Origin: an uncultured Gemmatimonadales bacterium
GTDB taxonomy: Bacteria; Gemmatimonadota; Gemmatimonadetes; Longimicrobiales; Gaopeijiaceae
Assembly: GCA_963823035.1 (NCBI GenBank)
Contig: CAWGKG010000014.1
Coordinates: 160,001-224,000, forward strand
DNA length: 64,000 bases
Direction: 5' to 3'
Below the pieces are notes generated by a model that was not told where the DNA came from, did no database searches, and saw only the letters and a program-made list of their open reading frames with translations. This document shows, piece by piece, positions 1 to 9,655 of this stretch (the first letter of the stretch is position 1; each line of letters opens with the position of its first letter). Made by a program: the position numbers and the translations under genes.

Positions 1-237
1 CGCCGTTGAAGACGACCTGCACGGCGCCGTCCTCGTTGCCCATCGGCTGGTCGCCCGTCTCCAGGTCGATGACCTTCAGGCGCGCGTGGCCGAGCGCGCA
101 CGCGCCGCTGGGCGCCAGCCAGGCCGGCGTCCGTCCGGGCCGCGATGGCGGATACGCTCCGCCATGGCGAGCGCGTCCGCGCGCGTGGGTGGTGGAGCCT
201 CGGGGGCGAGCCGCACCACGCCCGCGATGCCGCACAT
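1..237 (-). CDS. asnB: Asparagine synthetase (glutamine-hydrolysing)-like amidotransferase, 5' part only; apparent frameshift near 100-135
   Basis: ATG at 237 gives [10 protein letters not shown]...RHRGPDG; a shifted frame continues [33 protein letters not shown], the class II glutamine amidotransferase N-terminus. Runs off the window. Confidence 0.85.
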
Positions 238-267
238 CTCAGCCGGCCACCGTCACCACGGGGCGCG

Positions 268-1388
268 TCATGAAACCGCCGCCTCGAGTGCCGCCACGAG
301 CCGCGGCACCGCGACGTCCACGGAGTATTCGGCCTTCACGAGGGCCCGGCCGGCGCGTCCCATGCGCGCCCGCGCCTCCGGGTCGGTGAGGAGGCGGGCG
401 CAGGCCTCGACCCAGGCCGAAGGCCCGTCGGCGTGCAGCCCCGTCTCCTCCGGACGCACGATGTCGCACAGCACGCCCACGGGCGAGGCCACGCACGGCA
501 CGCCGCACGCCAGGTACTGCAGCGCCTTGAAGCCGCACTTCCCGCGGCTCCACGGCGTGTCGTCCAGCGGGTAGAGCCCCACATCGAGCGCCTGGAAGTG
601 CGCGATCTCGGCGTCGGGGCGCCAGGGCACGAAGTCGTAGCTCACACCCGGAAGGTGGGGGCGCGCGTGCCGGCGACCACCACCAGGCGGTGGGGCACGC
701 GCTGCGCGAGCTCGCGCAGCGCGGGGCCGAGCGACTCCAGGTAGGGGACCGTGCTGTCCGAGCCCACCCATCCGAGCGTCGGCAGGTCGGCGTCGCGAGG
801 AGCGGGAGCGAAGCGGTCGGTATCGACCACCGAGGGGAGGATGCGCACGCGCCCCTCCGACTCGGATCCCACGGCCTCACGGGCGAAGGTCGCCAGGTGC
901 GCGTTGCCGGCCAGCACGATGCGCGCTGCGCGGCAGAAGGCGCGGGTGGTCCGCTCCGGGTCGCGGAGCATCTCGACCCACCGGCGGCCCTGCTCCTGCG
1001 GGAGATAGACGGCGTCGTCGAAGTCGTAGACGATGGGCACGCCGGCGCGCATCAGCCGGGCGAGGAGGCTCCGGTCGAAGAGGAGGCCGATGCCGCGCTG
1101 CACGAGCACGACGTCCCACGCGTCCGCGCCGTCCACCACGCGGCCCGCGCGCCGGAAGGCCCGCGCCACCGAGCGTCCCGCACGGCCGAGTGCGGGCCCG
1201 GCCCGCACCTGACGGTGCTCCTCGGTGGAGAGGAACGGGTGGAGGGTGAGCGACACGCTCCGCTCCCGGAGGGCGGGCTCGAGCTGCGCCACGCGATAGC
1301 GCGTGCTCGGCGACGTCTCCGGGTAGGGGGCGAGCGCGAGCACGCGCAGCCGGCCCGTGGCGTCCCCGCGGCGGCGCGCCCCGGTCAC
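268..1388 (-). CDS. GT4-family glycosyltransferase (apparent frameshift near 645-655)
   Basis: GTG at 1388 overlaps the upstream stop. Motifs STRYRVAQL, IVYDFDDAVY, LGWVGS; after a frame change DVGLYPL, GKCGFKALQYLACGVPCVASPVG. Confidence 0.8.
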
Positions 1389-4021
1389 GACGTGCCCTCC
1401 GGCTCCACGCCGAGCGAGCGGTACACGCCGCCCAGGGCCTCCACGCCGGCCTCGAGCCCGACGGTCGCTTCGGCGAGGGCCCGCGCCCGCGCGGAGCGCT
1501 CCGGGTCGGCGATGGCCGCGGCGAGCCACGCCACCGCGGCGTCGGCCGGCTCGGTCGGGCGGTAGAGGCCCAGCGCACGGCCGTCCGCGAGCGCGCCGAC
1601 GTCGCCCACCGGCGTGGCCAGCACCGCCATCCCCGTGGCCAGGTACTCGCCGATCTTCGTCGGGAAGCTCGCGTCCTTGGAGGGTGAGGTGCGCACCAGG
1701 GCCAGCCCCGCGTCGGCCGCCTGCAGCCAGCCGGGCACGTCCGCTGGCTCGGCCGATTCCACGCGGGCCTCGATGCCCGCCGCGGCCACCAGCGCACGGG
1801 CCTCCGCGACGTCCCGCGTGAGCACGACGAAGCGTCCCCCGCACCGCTCCAGGAAGGCGCGCGCGACCTCGAGCGTGGCCGGCCCGTCGTACCACCCGGT
1901 GAGCGTGCCCAGGTGCACGAGCACGGGCCCGTCGCCGAGGCCGAGCGCGGCGCGGGCCTCCGCCCTGCTCGACGCCGGGCGGAAGCGCGCGAGATCCACG
2001 CAGGTGGGGATCACCGTCCACGGCGGCGGCGGCGCGCCACCCGCCAGCTCGGCGAGTCGGCCGGCCGCGCGGCGGGCCAGGAGGATCAGGTGGTCCGCCT
2101 CGCGCAGGAGCGCCCGCTCCACCCGACGGCCCAGGCGGACAGGGAGGCTCCCCGCGGCCCAATAGCCGCCCTCGATGCGCTCGTCCACCCAGAAGCCACG
2201 CATGTCGAAGAGGAGGCGTACGCCGCCCCGGCGGCGTGCGCCGAGACCCATGAGACCCGGAAGGTAGCCGCGCGCGTGCACGATGCCCGGCCGACCCTCG
2301 CGGCGGAGCGCCCGCGCCCACGCGGCGACCCGCCGGCGCCCCTGCAGCACGTCCCACGCCGTCGCCGGGAGCGACGGACGCTTGTGGTAGGTCAGGCGCG
2401 TCCAGCCTATGCCCTCGGCCCGCAGAGCACCCTCCAGCGCGCCGAGGCGACGCGCGTCCGTGAGGTCGGCGGGCTTCTCGAAGGAGAGCAGGTCGATGGC
2501 GAATCCCCTTCCCCGCAGCGCCCGCACGTACGGCACCACCTGCGAGGCACCGAGGGGCTCGAGCAGCCCGTCGTAGGTGACGTAGAGGACGTTCGAGGGC
2601 ATCCGCACTCGCGTTCCCGGGAGACGGCTCAGGATGGACGGCGACCCGCCCGCGGGCGGTCGGACGAGCGGCCCGGTCGCCAGCGACTTGGCGCGCCGTC
2701 GCCTTTCGGCCCGCGCCTTCCGACGGGCGAGATAGAGCGCCTGGACGTCGCGGATGCCCAGCGCGCAGAAGAGGAAGATCACGGGGAGCACCTGCGCCCT
2801 GTGCCGGTAGGCCGTGCCCACGTTCGCCTCGACGAGCGCGTACGCGAAGGTCACGAGCACCAGGGCGGTCAGCGGTACCGTGTAGGAGCGCGGGTCGTGG
2901 CGCAGCCCGAGGAACGCGCCCCAGATGCCGAGGGGAAGGATCGTGTACCAGAGCAGCGTCTCGGGGAGCGTGATCGCCTGGAGCGTCGAGCCGATCTCCC
3001 AGGGAAAGGGCGCGAGCATGAAGAAGGTCAGCCCCACCGGGAGGAAGCCGAGCGCGCCGGACGCCGTGGAGACGTTCGCCCCCCGCCCGTACGCCGAGTT
3101 CGCGCCGTAGAGGAAGCCCTCGCGCACCTGCTGCACCTGCTCGAGCGTCGGCTCCCCCGCCAGCGTGCGTCCGAGGCCGAGGATCTGGGCGGCGTAGGCG
3201 AGCGTGATCAGGAGGACGGTGCCGGCCACGAAGGCACGAGCGGGCGACCGGCTGCGCCCCATCATGATACCGGCGACGGCGGCACCGCCGACCAGGAGCG
3301 TCAGGTACTCGCGGAAGAAGGTGAGCAGCCCGAGCGTGAACAGGGCGCCCGTGAGCGCGCCGAAGCTGGGGCGGTGCTGGAGGCGGGCGCTGAAGTAGAC
3401 CGCGCCCACCAGGACCAGGATCGTGGGCGCTTCGCGGATGTTCAGCACGGACCAGAGGATGAGCGACGGGAAGAAGACCGTCAGCCCGGCCGCGAGCCTC
3501 GCGACCTGCTCGTTGCGCCGGACGATGAGGAGCGCGAGGTGATAGATGGGGATCGCCGTCCACACCGAGAGGTACATGTTGACGACGGCGGGGGCGGCCT
3601 TGGCGAAGCCGAAGAGCGCGTAGAGCGTCGCGTTCATCGCGGGATACGCCAGCTGGAGCGTGGCCATCATGCGCGACGGCATCGGGCCGAGCCCGGACCA
3701 GTAGTTCAGCAGGCCGATGCCGCGCGACTCGTACGTCCACTGGTCGGGCGCGAAGACGTAGGGGCCGACCGTCTGGTGCATGAGCGCGAACACCAGCAGC
3801 CGCACGGCGACGCCGAGCAGCATGAGGTTGCGCAGGTACGTCACCCGCTCGGGATTCGACTGCAGCCGCGCGAGCGCCTCGGTGATCAGCAGGCCGAGGA
3901 CCGCGAGGAAGGGCACGGCGAGCCGCGAGGCCGGGTCGGAGACGCCCACGGTCGCGGCCCCGACACCGAGGACCGCGAGCGCCGGCGCGGGCGCGAGGAA
4001 GGTGAGCCGCTTGCGGGTCAT
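1385..4021 (-). CDS. Multi-TM Wzy/GT-C-like membrane protein in frame with a GT4 glycosyltransferase domain (GT4 part begins at ATG 2602); may be two genes
   Basis: The N-terminal ~470 aa are polytopic (FAPDQWTYE, FPSLILWSVLNIRE, PFPW, NVGTAYRHRAQ). The C-terminal part has VLYVTYDGLLEPLGASQV, FDMRGFWVDER, SFPTKIGEYLATG. GGAG SD precedes ATG 4021. Confidence 0.7.
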   Translation of the reverse strand: MTRKRLTFLAPAPALAVLGVGAATVGVSDPASRLAVPFLAVLGLLITEALARLQSNPERVTYLRNLMLLGVAVRLLVFALMHQTVGPYVFAPDQWTYESRGIGLLNYWSGLGPMPSRMMATLQLAYPAMNATLYALFGFAKAAPAVVNMYLSVWTAIPIYHLALLIVRRNEQVARLAAGLTVFFPSLILWSVLNIREAPTILVLVGAVYFSARLQHRPSFGALTGALFTLGLLTFFREYLTLLVGGAAVAGIMMGRSRSPARAFVAGTVLLITLAYAAQILGLGRTLAGEPTLEQVQQVREGFLYGANSAYGRGANVSTASGALGFLPVGLTFFMLAPFPWEIGSTLQAITLPETLLWYTILPLGIWGAFLGLRHDPRSYTVPLTALVLVTFAYALVEANVGTAYRHRAQVLPVIFLFCALGIRDVQALYLARRKARAERRRRAKSLATGPLVRPPAGGSPSILSRLPGTRVRMPSNVLYVTYDGLLEPLGASQVVPYVRALRGRGFAIDLLSFEKPADLTDARRLGALEGALRAEGIGWTRLTYHKRPSLPATAWDVLQGRRRVAAWARALRREGRPGIVHARGYLPGLMGLGARRRGGVRLLFDMRGFWVDERIEGGYWAAGSLPVRLGRRVERALLREADHLILLARRAAGRLAELAGGAPPPPWTVIPTCVDLARFRPASSRAEARAALGLGDGPVLVHLGTLTGWYDGPATLEVARAFLERCGGRFVVLTRDVAEARALVAAAGIEARVESAEPADVPGWLQAADAGLALVRTSPSKDASFPTKIGEYLATGMAVLATPVGDVGALADGRALGLYRPTEPADAAVAWLAAAIADPERSARARALAEATVGLEAGVEALGGVYRSLGVEPEGTS

Positions 4022-4090
4022 GAGCTCCTGGGAAGCCTCGGGCACGTCGAACGCGGGCCGCTGCAACGTACCCGAGCGGTGCGCCGCGGG

Positions 4091-5137
4091 TCAACGCGAT
4101 TCCGGGGCATCCCCGCGTGCGAGCTTGAGGCCGAGGTGGTGCCGTCCCGACGCCGACAGGAGGCTCGGCGCGTACCGCGCCAGGAGGGGTAGCGCGGCGG
4201 CGCGAACGGGCGCCGAGCCCTTGAGCAGCGCCTGCCCGAGGATGTCCACGCGTTGCTGCGCCGCGACGGCACGGATCTCGTCGGCCGCGCCCGCCTCCCG
4301 ATCGAGAAAGGTGCGCTCGAGAAGGTCGAGGGCCCGCATCCCGGCCCGCAGGTCGTCCGCGGTGGTGGTGGGGCGCATCCGGTTCACCAGGACGCGATGG
4401 GCGCCGTCCGCCACCGCCACGTCGATCGTGCGCGCGAGGTGGCGGCGCGCGCAGGTGACGAAGTTCTCGACCTGCACCTCCTCGTGGGCGCGCGACACGC
4501 TGTCCGGATGGACGCGCAGCCCGTACAGCTCGTCCGCGAGGTTGGCGAGCCCGACGCCCGACGCCAGCATGCGGGTGAAGAGCTCGTAGTCCTCCGTGTG
4601 GGCGGCTTCCGCCCCCGCCCCGTAACGATGGGCGCGCATCACGTCGGCCCGAGCGACGAGGGAGCCGTGCACGAGCGGGGTGGCGAGGAGCCCGAGGAAG
4701 CGCGCCCCGGCCGGCGTCGTGCACCGCGCCGGGCGCGTGCCCACGCGGCGGCCCTCGCCGTCCACCGTCCACGCGCCGGTGCCGACGACGCCCACGTCCG
4801 GGTACGCGTCCAGGAGCGCCAGCTGCCGCTCGATGCGCTCGGCGTGGCAGAGGTCGTCGGCGTCCATGCGCGCCACGTATGCGCCGCGCGCGTCCGCGAC
4901 CGCACGGTTGAGCGTCTCGATGAGACCCAGATTCCGCTCGTTCACCACCACGCGCACCCGGGCGTCGTGTTTCGCGCGGGCCTCCAGGCGCGCGCGCGTC
5001 CCGTCGCGCGACCCGTCGTCGACGGCGAGGACGTCCAGCGCCGTCCAGCTCTGGCCGAGGATCGCGTCCAGCGCGGCGTCGACCCACGCCTCCACGTCGT
5101 GGCACGGAAGGATGACGGTGACGAGGGGCGCGCTCAT
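4091..5137 (-). CDS. GT2-family glycosyltransferase
   Basis: VTVILPCHD, AVDDGSRDGT, NLGLIETLN, YVARMDADD, TEDYEL; ATGA overlap with the upstream gene. Confidence 0.9.
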   Translation of the reverse strand: MSAPLVTVILPCHDVEAWVDAALDAILGQSWTALDVLAVDDGSRDGTRARLEARAKHDARVRVVVNERNLGLIETLNRAVADARGAYVARMDADDLCHAERIERQLALLDAYPDVGVVGTGAWTVDGEGRRVGTRPARCTTPAGARFLGLLATPLVHGSLVARADVMRAHRYGAGAEAAHTEDYELFTRMLASGVGLANLADELYGLRVHPDSVSRAHEEVQVENFVTCARRHLARTIDVAVADGAHRVLVNRMRPTTTADDLRAGMRALDLLERTFLDREAGAADEIRAVAAQQRVDILGQALLKGSAPVRAAALPLLARYAPSLLSASGRHHLGLKLARGDAPESR

Positions 5138-6132
5138 GGTGCCGTCTCCCGCGGCGCGGGCGTCACCAGCCGGCGCAGGCGATGGCGGAGCGTGGGGTTG
5201 CCGGGTGCCACGAGCGCACCGCGCAGGAGCGCCGAGGCACGGTCGAGCACACGCGGGCCCGTGCGGCTCTTCCAGAGCAGGTAGTCGGAGACGGCGTACC
5301 GCCAGTCCGGTCCGGCCACCAACGGGTAGCGCGTCCCGGCGTCGAGCACTTCGGCCAGCCGGCGAGGCGGCCCGAACGGGACGCCGTTGTGGTGGTGGGG
5401 CGCGATCGTGCGCAGCGGCACATGGCGGAGCGCCTGATCGATCAGCGCGCGCTCGGGCCCGGCGATCTGGTCGGCGTCCACCGGCACGCCCTCCACGCGC
5501 GTCACCGTCGGCGGGTAGTGCCAGATGCAGAGGTCGGCCAGCCCCTCGGCCACGTTGAACGGGGCCGGAGCCAGCCCCGCGCGCATGAAGCGGAAGCTGT
5601 GCTCCGTATGGCCCCAGCGCCGGTACTCCGCGAAGTCCGGGTGCCACCCACCCACCGCACGCAGACCCGCCCCCGTGTAGAATCCGAACTGCCCGCCGCC
5701 GTACATCCCGTGCGTGAGGCGCACGCCGCCCACGTCGCTCGTCCCCGTCCGACGGCGCACGCCGCCGCGCTCGAAGAGCGAGAAGTGATGGATGTCGCTC
5801 GCCAGGTGGAGGTCGACGTGGGCGGGGAAGACGGAGCCGTCGATCACCTCGACGTCGTCGTCGAGGAAGAAGTAGTACGCGAAGTCGCCGAAGCGCTCGA
5901 GCACCCGGTTCCTGGACAGCCCGACACCCTCGCGGCGGTCCGACCAGACGAGGGGGATCTCCCACCGGTCGCAGAAGGCCCGGGTGTCCGCCTCGTCCCC
6001 GTCGAGCGCGACCACGAGCCGGAAGCGGGGGTCCGCCGCGCAGAAGCGCGCGAGGTGCGGGAGGTAGCGGCGCAGCGCCCCCACGCGTTGGCAGGTCGTG
6101 ACGCAGATCAGCGCTTCGTACGCGTCGCTCAC
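5134..6132 (-). CDS. Atypical GT-A (GT2-like) glycosyltransferase
   Basis: ICVTTCQR, ALDGD, GVGLSRNRVL, YYFFLDDDV, VGGWHPDF..WGHTEHSFR; GTGA and ATGA overlaps with both neighbours. Confidence 0.7.
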   Translation of the reverse strand: MSDAYEALICVTTCQRVGALRRYLPHLARFCAADPRFRLVVALDGDEADTRAFCDRWEIPLVWSDRREGVGLSRNRVLERFGDFAYYFFLDDDVEVIDGSVFPAHVDLHLASDIHHFSLFERGGVRRRTGTSDVGGVRLTHGMYGGGQFGFYTGAGLRAVGGWHPDFAEYRRWGHTEHSFRFMRAGLAPAPFNVAEGLADLCIWHYPPTVTRVEGVPVDADQIAGPERALIDQALRHVPLRTIAPHHHNGVPFGPPRRLAEVLDAGTRYPLVAGPDWRYAVSDYLLWKSRTGPRVLDRASALLRGALVAPGNPTLRHRLRRLVTPAPRETAP

Positions 6133-7052
6133 GCCTCCCCCCTCCCCACGCCGACCCGCGCCGACAGCACGCTCATCAGCTCGGGATCCACGTCGGCGTC
6201 GACCTTGCGCGCAAAGGGCTGCCCGCTGGCGTCCATGGCCGGCAGATCCGCGATCCCCAGCGTGCGCGGATGGTCGGCGTGCGCGGGGAAGTCGAGGTAG
6301 CGCAGTGCCTCGTTCACGATCTCGTGGTCCCGCGCGAAGGCCGTGCCCAGCAGGATGCTCTGGAAGAACATCTCGTCGGCGAGGAGGGTGTGCGCATGGT
6401 AGGCGCGGTACTCGGGGTGCGCGCGCGAGAATTCGAGCACCCAGGCCACGGCCGCGCGGCTGAGGTTCCACCACTGCGACCCGCCGAAGGGAGCGGCGCA
6501 GGCGGGGAAGCGCCGGTCGGGAAGGAAGGCGACGCGCGCCCGCAGGAGGGTGTTCAGCACCTTGCCCTTGAAGCTCAGCCGCGCCTGCTCCCCACGGGGG
6601 ATGCACGTCTCGCGTCGCCCACGCACGGTGAAGGTGTAGAAGTCCGTGCGCAGCCGGCCGTCGTAGCGCCAGCGGGCGTCGGGGAGCGGGAAGGACGCCA
6701 CGTAGCTGCGCTCGGGCGCCGCGGCGTAGAAGGCGTGGATGCGGTCGGCGGGCCAGAGGGGGAAGTCCTGTCCCGACAGGAGAACGAAGTAGTCGCAGCC
6801 GTCCGCCAGGGCGCGCGCCATCCCGGCGAGGGTCGCGTCCACCACCTCGATGCCCCCCCACAGCGAGGGGAAGCGCGGGAGCGCGACGACCTCCTCCCCT
6901 CCCACCGTGCGGAGCGCAGCGCGGAAGCCCTCGAAGTCGGAGCGCGCATCCACGTGCAGGTAGCGTGTGACCCGCGGGTGGTCGAGCGCGTCCAGCAGGG
7001 ACGCGACCTGCAGGGGAGCGCGGTGCGCGAGCACGATGCACGCGAGCCTCAC
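6129..7052 (-). CDS. Core-2/I-branching (GT14-like) beta-1,6-N-acetylglucosaminyltransferase family protein
   Basis: IVLAH, YLHVDARS, WGGIEVV, LLSGQDFPL, GGSQWWNLSR, DEMFFQSIL, FARKVD. Confidence 0.85.
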   Translation of the reverse strand: MRLACIVLAHRAPLQVASLLDALDHPRVTRYLHVDARSDFEGFRAALRTVGGEEVVALPRFPSLWGGIEVVDATLAGMARALADGCDYFVLLSGQDFPLWPADRIHAFYAAAPERSYVASFPLPDARWRYDGRLRTDFYTFTVRGRRETCIPRGEQARLSFKGKVLNTLLRARVAFLPDRRFPACAAPFGGSQWWNLSRAAVAWVLEFSRAHPEYRAYHAHTLLADEMFFQSILLGTAFARDHEIVNEALRYLDFPAHADHPRTLGIADLPAMDASGQPFARKVDADVDPELMSVLSARVGVGRGEA

Positions 7053-7068
7053 GCGGACGGGCTCCGAC

Positions 7069-7761
7069 TCACAGGTACTCGTCCATCAGCTCGGGGGTCA
7101 GGGGGCCGAGGAACAGCGCTTGCCTGGCCCGGATCTCCGCGTGGCTCCACTCCCACCAGCGCGACGCGAGGAGCCGCTCCACGACCGGATCCTCGAAGCG
7201 GAACCGGACCGGTCGCGCGGGCGCCCCGACCGCGACCGCGTAGGGCGGGACGTCCTTCGTGACCACGGAGCCGGCGCCGATGATCGCACCCGTGCCGATC
7301 GTCACGCCCGCCATGACGTGGGCGCCGGCGCCGATCCAGACGTCGTGCCCGATCTCGACCGGACCGTCGGTGACCACCTCCTCCTCGATCGGGCGGCCCA
7401 GGACGTTGCGGCCGATGTAGTAGGTGGTGATGCGGCGCGCGTCGTGCCCGTAGCCGTGGATGCTCACCTGGCGTGCGATCGAACAGAAGTTGCCGATGCG
7501 GATCGGCGCGCCCCGCGCCAGCACGAAGATGCCCGGCCCCCAGAGCGACGAGTTCCGCCCGATGTGCACGGGACCGGAGATCTCGACGTCGTGCAGCCGC
7601 GCGTGGTCCGCGACGTGGACCGGGCCGTGCAGCGCGGAGGCGCTGACCCGCGCCGAGGGGGCCACCAGGGCCGCCGTGTCGATGCGGTTCGGCGGCTGCC
7701 GCGCGGCCAGCACGCGGTCAAGAATGCGGAGCTTGATCTTCGCGAAGAGCGATGAGGGCAT
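7069..7761 (-). CDS. Hexapeptide-repeat O-acetyltransferase (CatB/Vat-like LbH)
   Basis: IRIGNFCSIA, VEIGHDVWIG, GVTIGTGAIIGAGSVVTKDVPPY, RFRFE..LL..RWWEW. Confidence 0.88.
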   Translation of the reverse strand: MPSSLFAKIKLRILDRVLAARQPPNRIDTAALVAPSARVSASALHGPVHVADHARLHDVEISGPVHIGRNSSLWGPGIFVLARGAPIRIGNFCSIARQVSIHGYGHDARRITTYYIGRNVLGRPIEEEVVTDGPVEIGHDVWIGAGAHVMAGVTIGTGAIIGAGSVVTKDVPPYAVAVGAPARPVRFRFEDPVVERLLASRWWEWSHAEIRARQALFLGPLTPELMDEYL

Positions 7762-8950
7762 CGGCGAACCTGTCGTAGTTGGCACCGGCTTCGAAATGCT
7801 CGCGCTGGAACGCCCGGATGCGCTCCCGGTCGAACCGCCCCGGCTCGAGGGCGTGGCACACGGCGGCGGCCGCGGCCTCCGCGGTCGTGTCCGGGGCGAG
7901 CCGGACCCCCGTGACGTCCGTCACGATCTCCGGAACCCCTTGCACCGCCACGGCCACCACCGGCACGCCGAAGCTCGCGGCTTCCATCATCGACACGGGC
8001 AGGCCCTCGGACGTCGACATCGAGATCATCGCATCCACGCGATGCTCGCGATAGAAGCGCAGGAGCTCGGCGTTGTCCACGTGGCCGCGGAGCTCCCAGC
8101 GCACCCGCTCGGGGAGCCGCCGGGCCGCCTCCTCGACCCGGGCGCGGTCGGGGCCGTCCCCGAAGTGCACCCAGTGGAGCGCGCGCTCCGTTCGGGCCAG
8201 CACCTCCGGCATCCGGTCGATCCGCTTGGTGGGGATCATGCTCCCCACGGAGAGCACCAGGGGCGGATCGGATCGCGGGAGGTCGGCGATCGGCGGCGCG
8301 GGCACCCCGAGCCGGAAGGTGCGGATGCGGTCGCGGGCGCCGGGAGGCGCCCGCTCGACGAGGTAGCGGGTGCCGAACTCCGAGACCGGCGCGACCATGT
8401 CGAGCGCCCGCAGCTTGAAGGCGCGGAAGGGCACCACCCCCGAGGACCAACGCTCGTCGTACAGGTCGAAGCCGTGCGCCCGGGAGACGGCCGTACGGAC
8501 CGTGCCCTGCCGGCGCGCCAGCGCCAGCGCCAGTGTGCTGTTCTCGAACCAGTAGTCGTAGAAGACGGCGTCGCGAAGCTCGGGGCGCACGCGCACGAGC
8601 CTCCGCAGGGAACGGAGCTTGAGGACGTTGCGCGCCAGGACGTCGAGGTAGGTGCGCGGGTCCCCCGCGTGCGCGCGCAGCGTGCCGGGAGAGGCCAGCA
8701 CCGAAAGCGCCTCCCCGGAGACGAGGGCGAGCCGCCGCGCCGCGCCCGAGGGGGCGTCGAGCCAGTCCATCCGCACGAGCTCGACGCCGTCGGGGAGGGA
8801 TCGCTCGCCCGCCTCGACCGCGGACGGCAGCACCAGCACGCTCGGAAACCGGCGCGCCAGGACCTCGATCTCCGACTCCAGGAACGTCTCGCTCTTGTTG
8901 CCGAACGGATAGGTGGCGGTGAGCAGGACGAGCGGTGGAGGCCCGCTCAC
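7718..8950 (-). CDS. GT4-family glycosyltransferase
   Basis: YPFGNKSETFLESEI, RAHGFDLY, WVHFGDGP, STSEGLPVSMMEAASFGVPVVA; GTG at 8950 overlaps the upstream TGA. Confidence 0.88.
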   Translation of the reverse strand: MSGPPPLVLLTATYPFGNKSETFLESEIEVLARRFPSVLVLPSAVEAGERSLPDGVELVRMDWLDAPSGAARRLALVSGEALSVLASPGTLRAHAGDPRTYLDVLARNVLKLRSLRRLVRVRPELRDAVFYDYWFENSTLALALARRQGTVRTAVSRAHGFDLYDERWSSGVVPFRAFKLRALDMVAPVSEFGTRYLVERAPPGARDRIRTFRLGVPAPPIADLPRSDPPLVLSVGSMIPTKRIDRMPEVLARTERALHWVHFGDGPDRARVEEAARRLPERVRWELRGHVDNAELLRFYREHRVDAMISMSTSEGLPVSMMEAASFGVPVVAVAVQGVPEIVTDVTGVRLAPDTTAEAAAAAVCHALEPGRFDRERIRAFQREHFEAGANYDRFADALIALREDQAPHS

Positions 8951-9655
8951 GCCCGCAACAACCTGCGCAGCCGCCCCCGGATGCGCTCCAGCAACGAGGG
9001 CGGCGGCGTCTGGACGTCGTGGAACGCCGCGTCCGGGCGCACGGGACGGAGCAGCGCCGCCACGTAGTCGCCCTCCTCGACCCAGATCGAGTACGTCTCC
9101 AGATGCGCGAGGTGGAGGCCGTGCTCGTGCGCGCGCGTGGCCACGCCGTGCGGGTGGATCGCCTGGTCCACGAGCTGCAGGATCTCCGGGCGGTGCGCCC
9201 GGCACCAGTCCAGGTACCACGGGTTCGGGTAGTGCAGCAGCACGAAGCCGTCCGGCTTCGTCCAGGAGGCGATGCGCTCGAAGAGGCGGTCGTGGTGCTC
9301 GAGCGGGATGTGCTCGATCACGTCGGGGAGCACCACGACGTCGAAGCGCTCCGTGAGGTCCATCTCGAGCACGTCGGCCGCCTCCAGCCGCACGTTCGTC
9401 GCGCCCCGCCAGCCGCCCGCGCGCCGCCTCGACGCTGCGCGGGCTCAGGTCGACGCCGAAGACGGAGCCGCCCGCGTCCAGCGCGTCGGACAGGAGCGCC
9501 GTCACCGTGCCGACGCCGCAGCCGATCTCGAGGACGCGGTGGTCCGGGCGCAGCCCGAAGCGCCGTAGCCAGCCGAGGATGGCACGGTGCCGCTCGTTGA
9601 CGCCGACCGCCGTCTGGCGGCCGACGTAGTCATCGTAGAAGGCCTTTGAGTCCAT
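8947..9655 (-). CDS. Class I SAM-dependent methyltransferase (apparent +1 frameshift near 9400)
   Basis: VLEIGCGVG and GVDLS in one frame; FDVVVLPDVIEHIP...KPDG in the next. Confidence 0.8.

Noticed and set aside
1..237. AsnB homolog as the lasso cyclase for the RRE/kinase cassette
   Set aside because: It keeps the MCGIAG glutaminase N-terminus, lies 34 kb away inside a glycan operon, and no lasso B2 peptidase is present.
239..271. 10-codon mini-ORF MTRPVVTVAG bridging the GT4 stop and asnB start
   Set aside because: Too short to support; may be the true GT4 C-terminus displaced by another indel.
642..5105. 1487-aa ORF in the polysaccharide locus
   Set aside because: Arg/Gly/Pro-rich off-frame read-through; only the last ~250 aa (from GTG 1388) are a real GT4.
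7069..7761. CatB/Vat-like gene as antibiotic resistance
   Set aside because: It overlaps a glycosyltransferase inside the polysaccharide operon, so sugar O-acetylation is more parsimonious.
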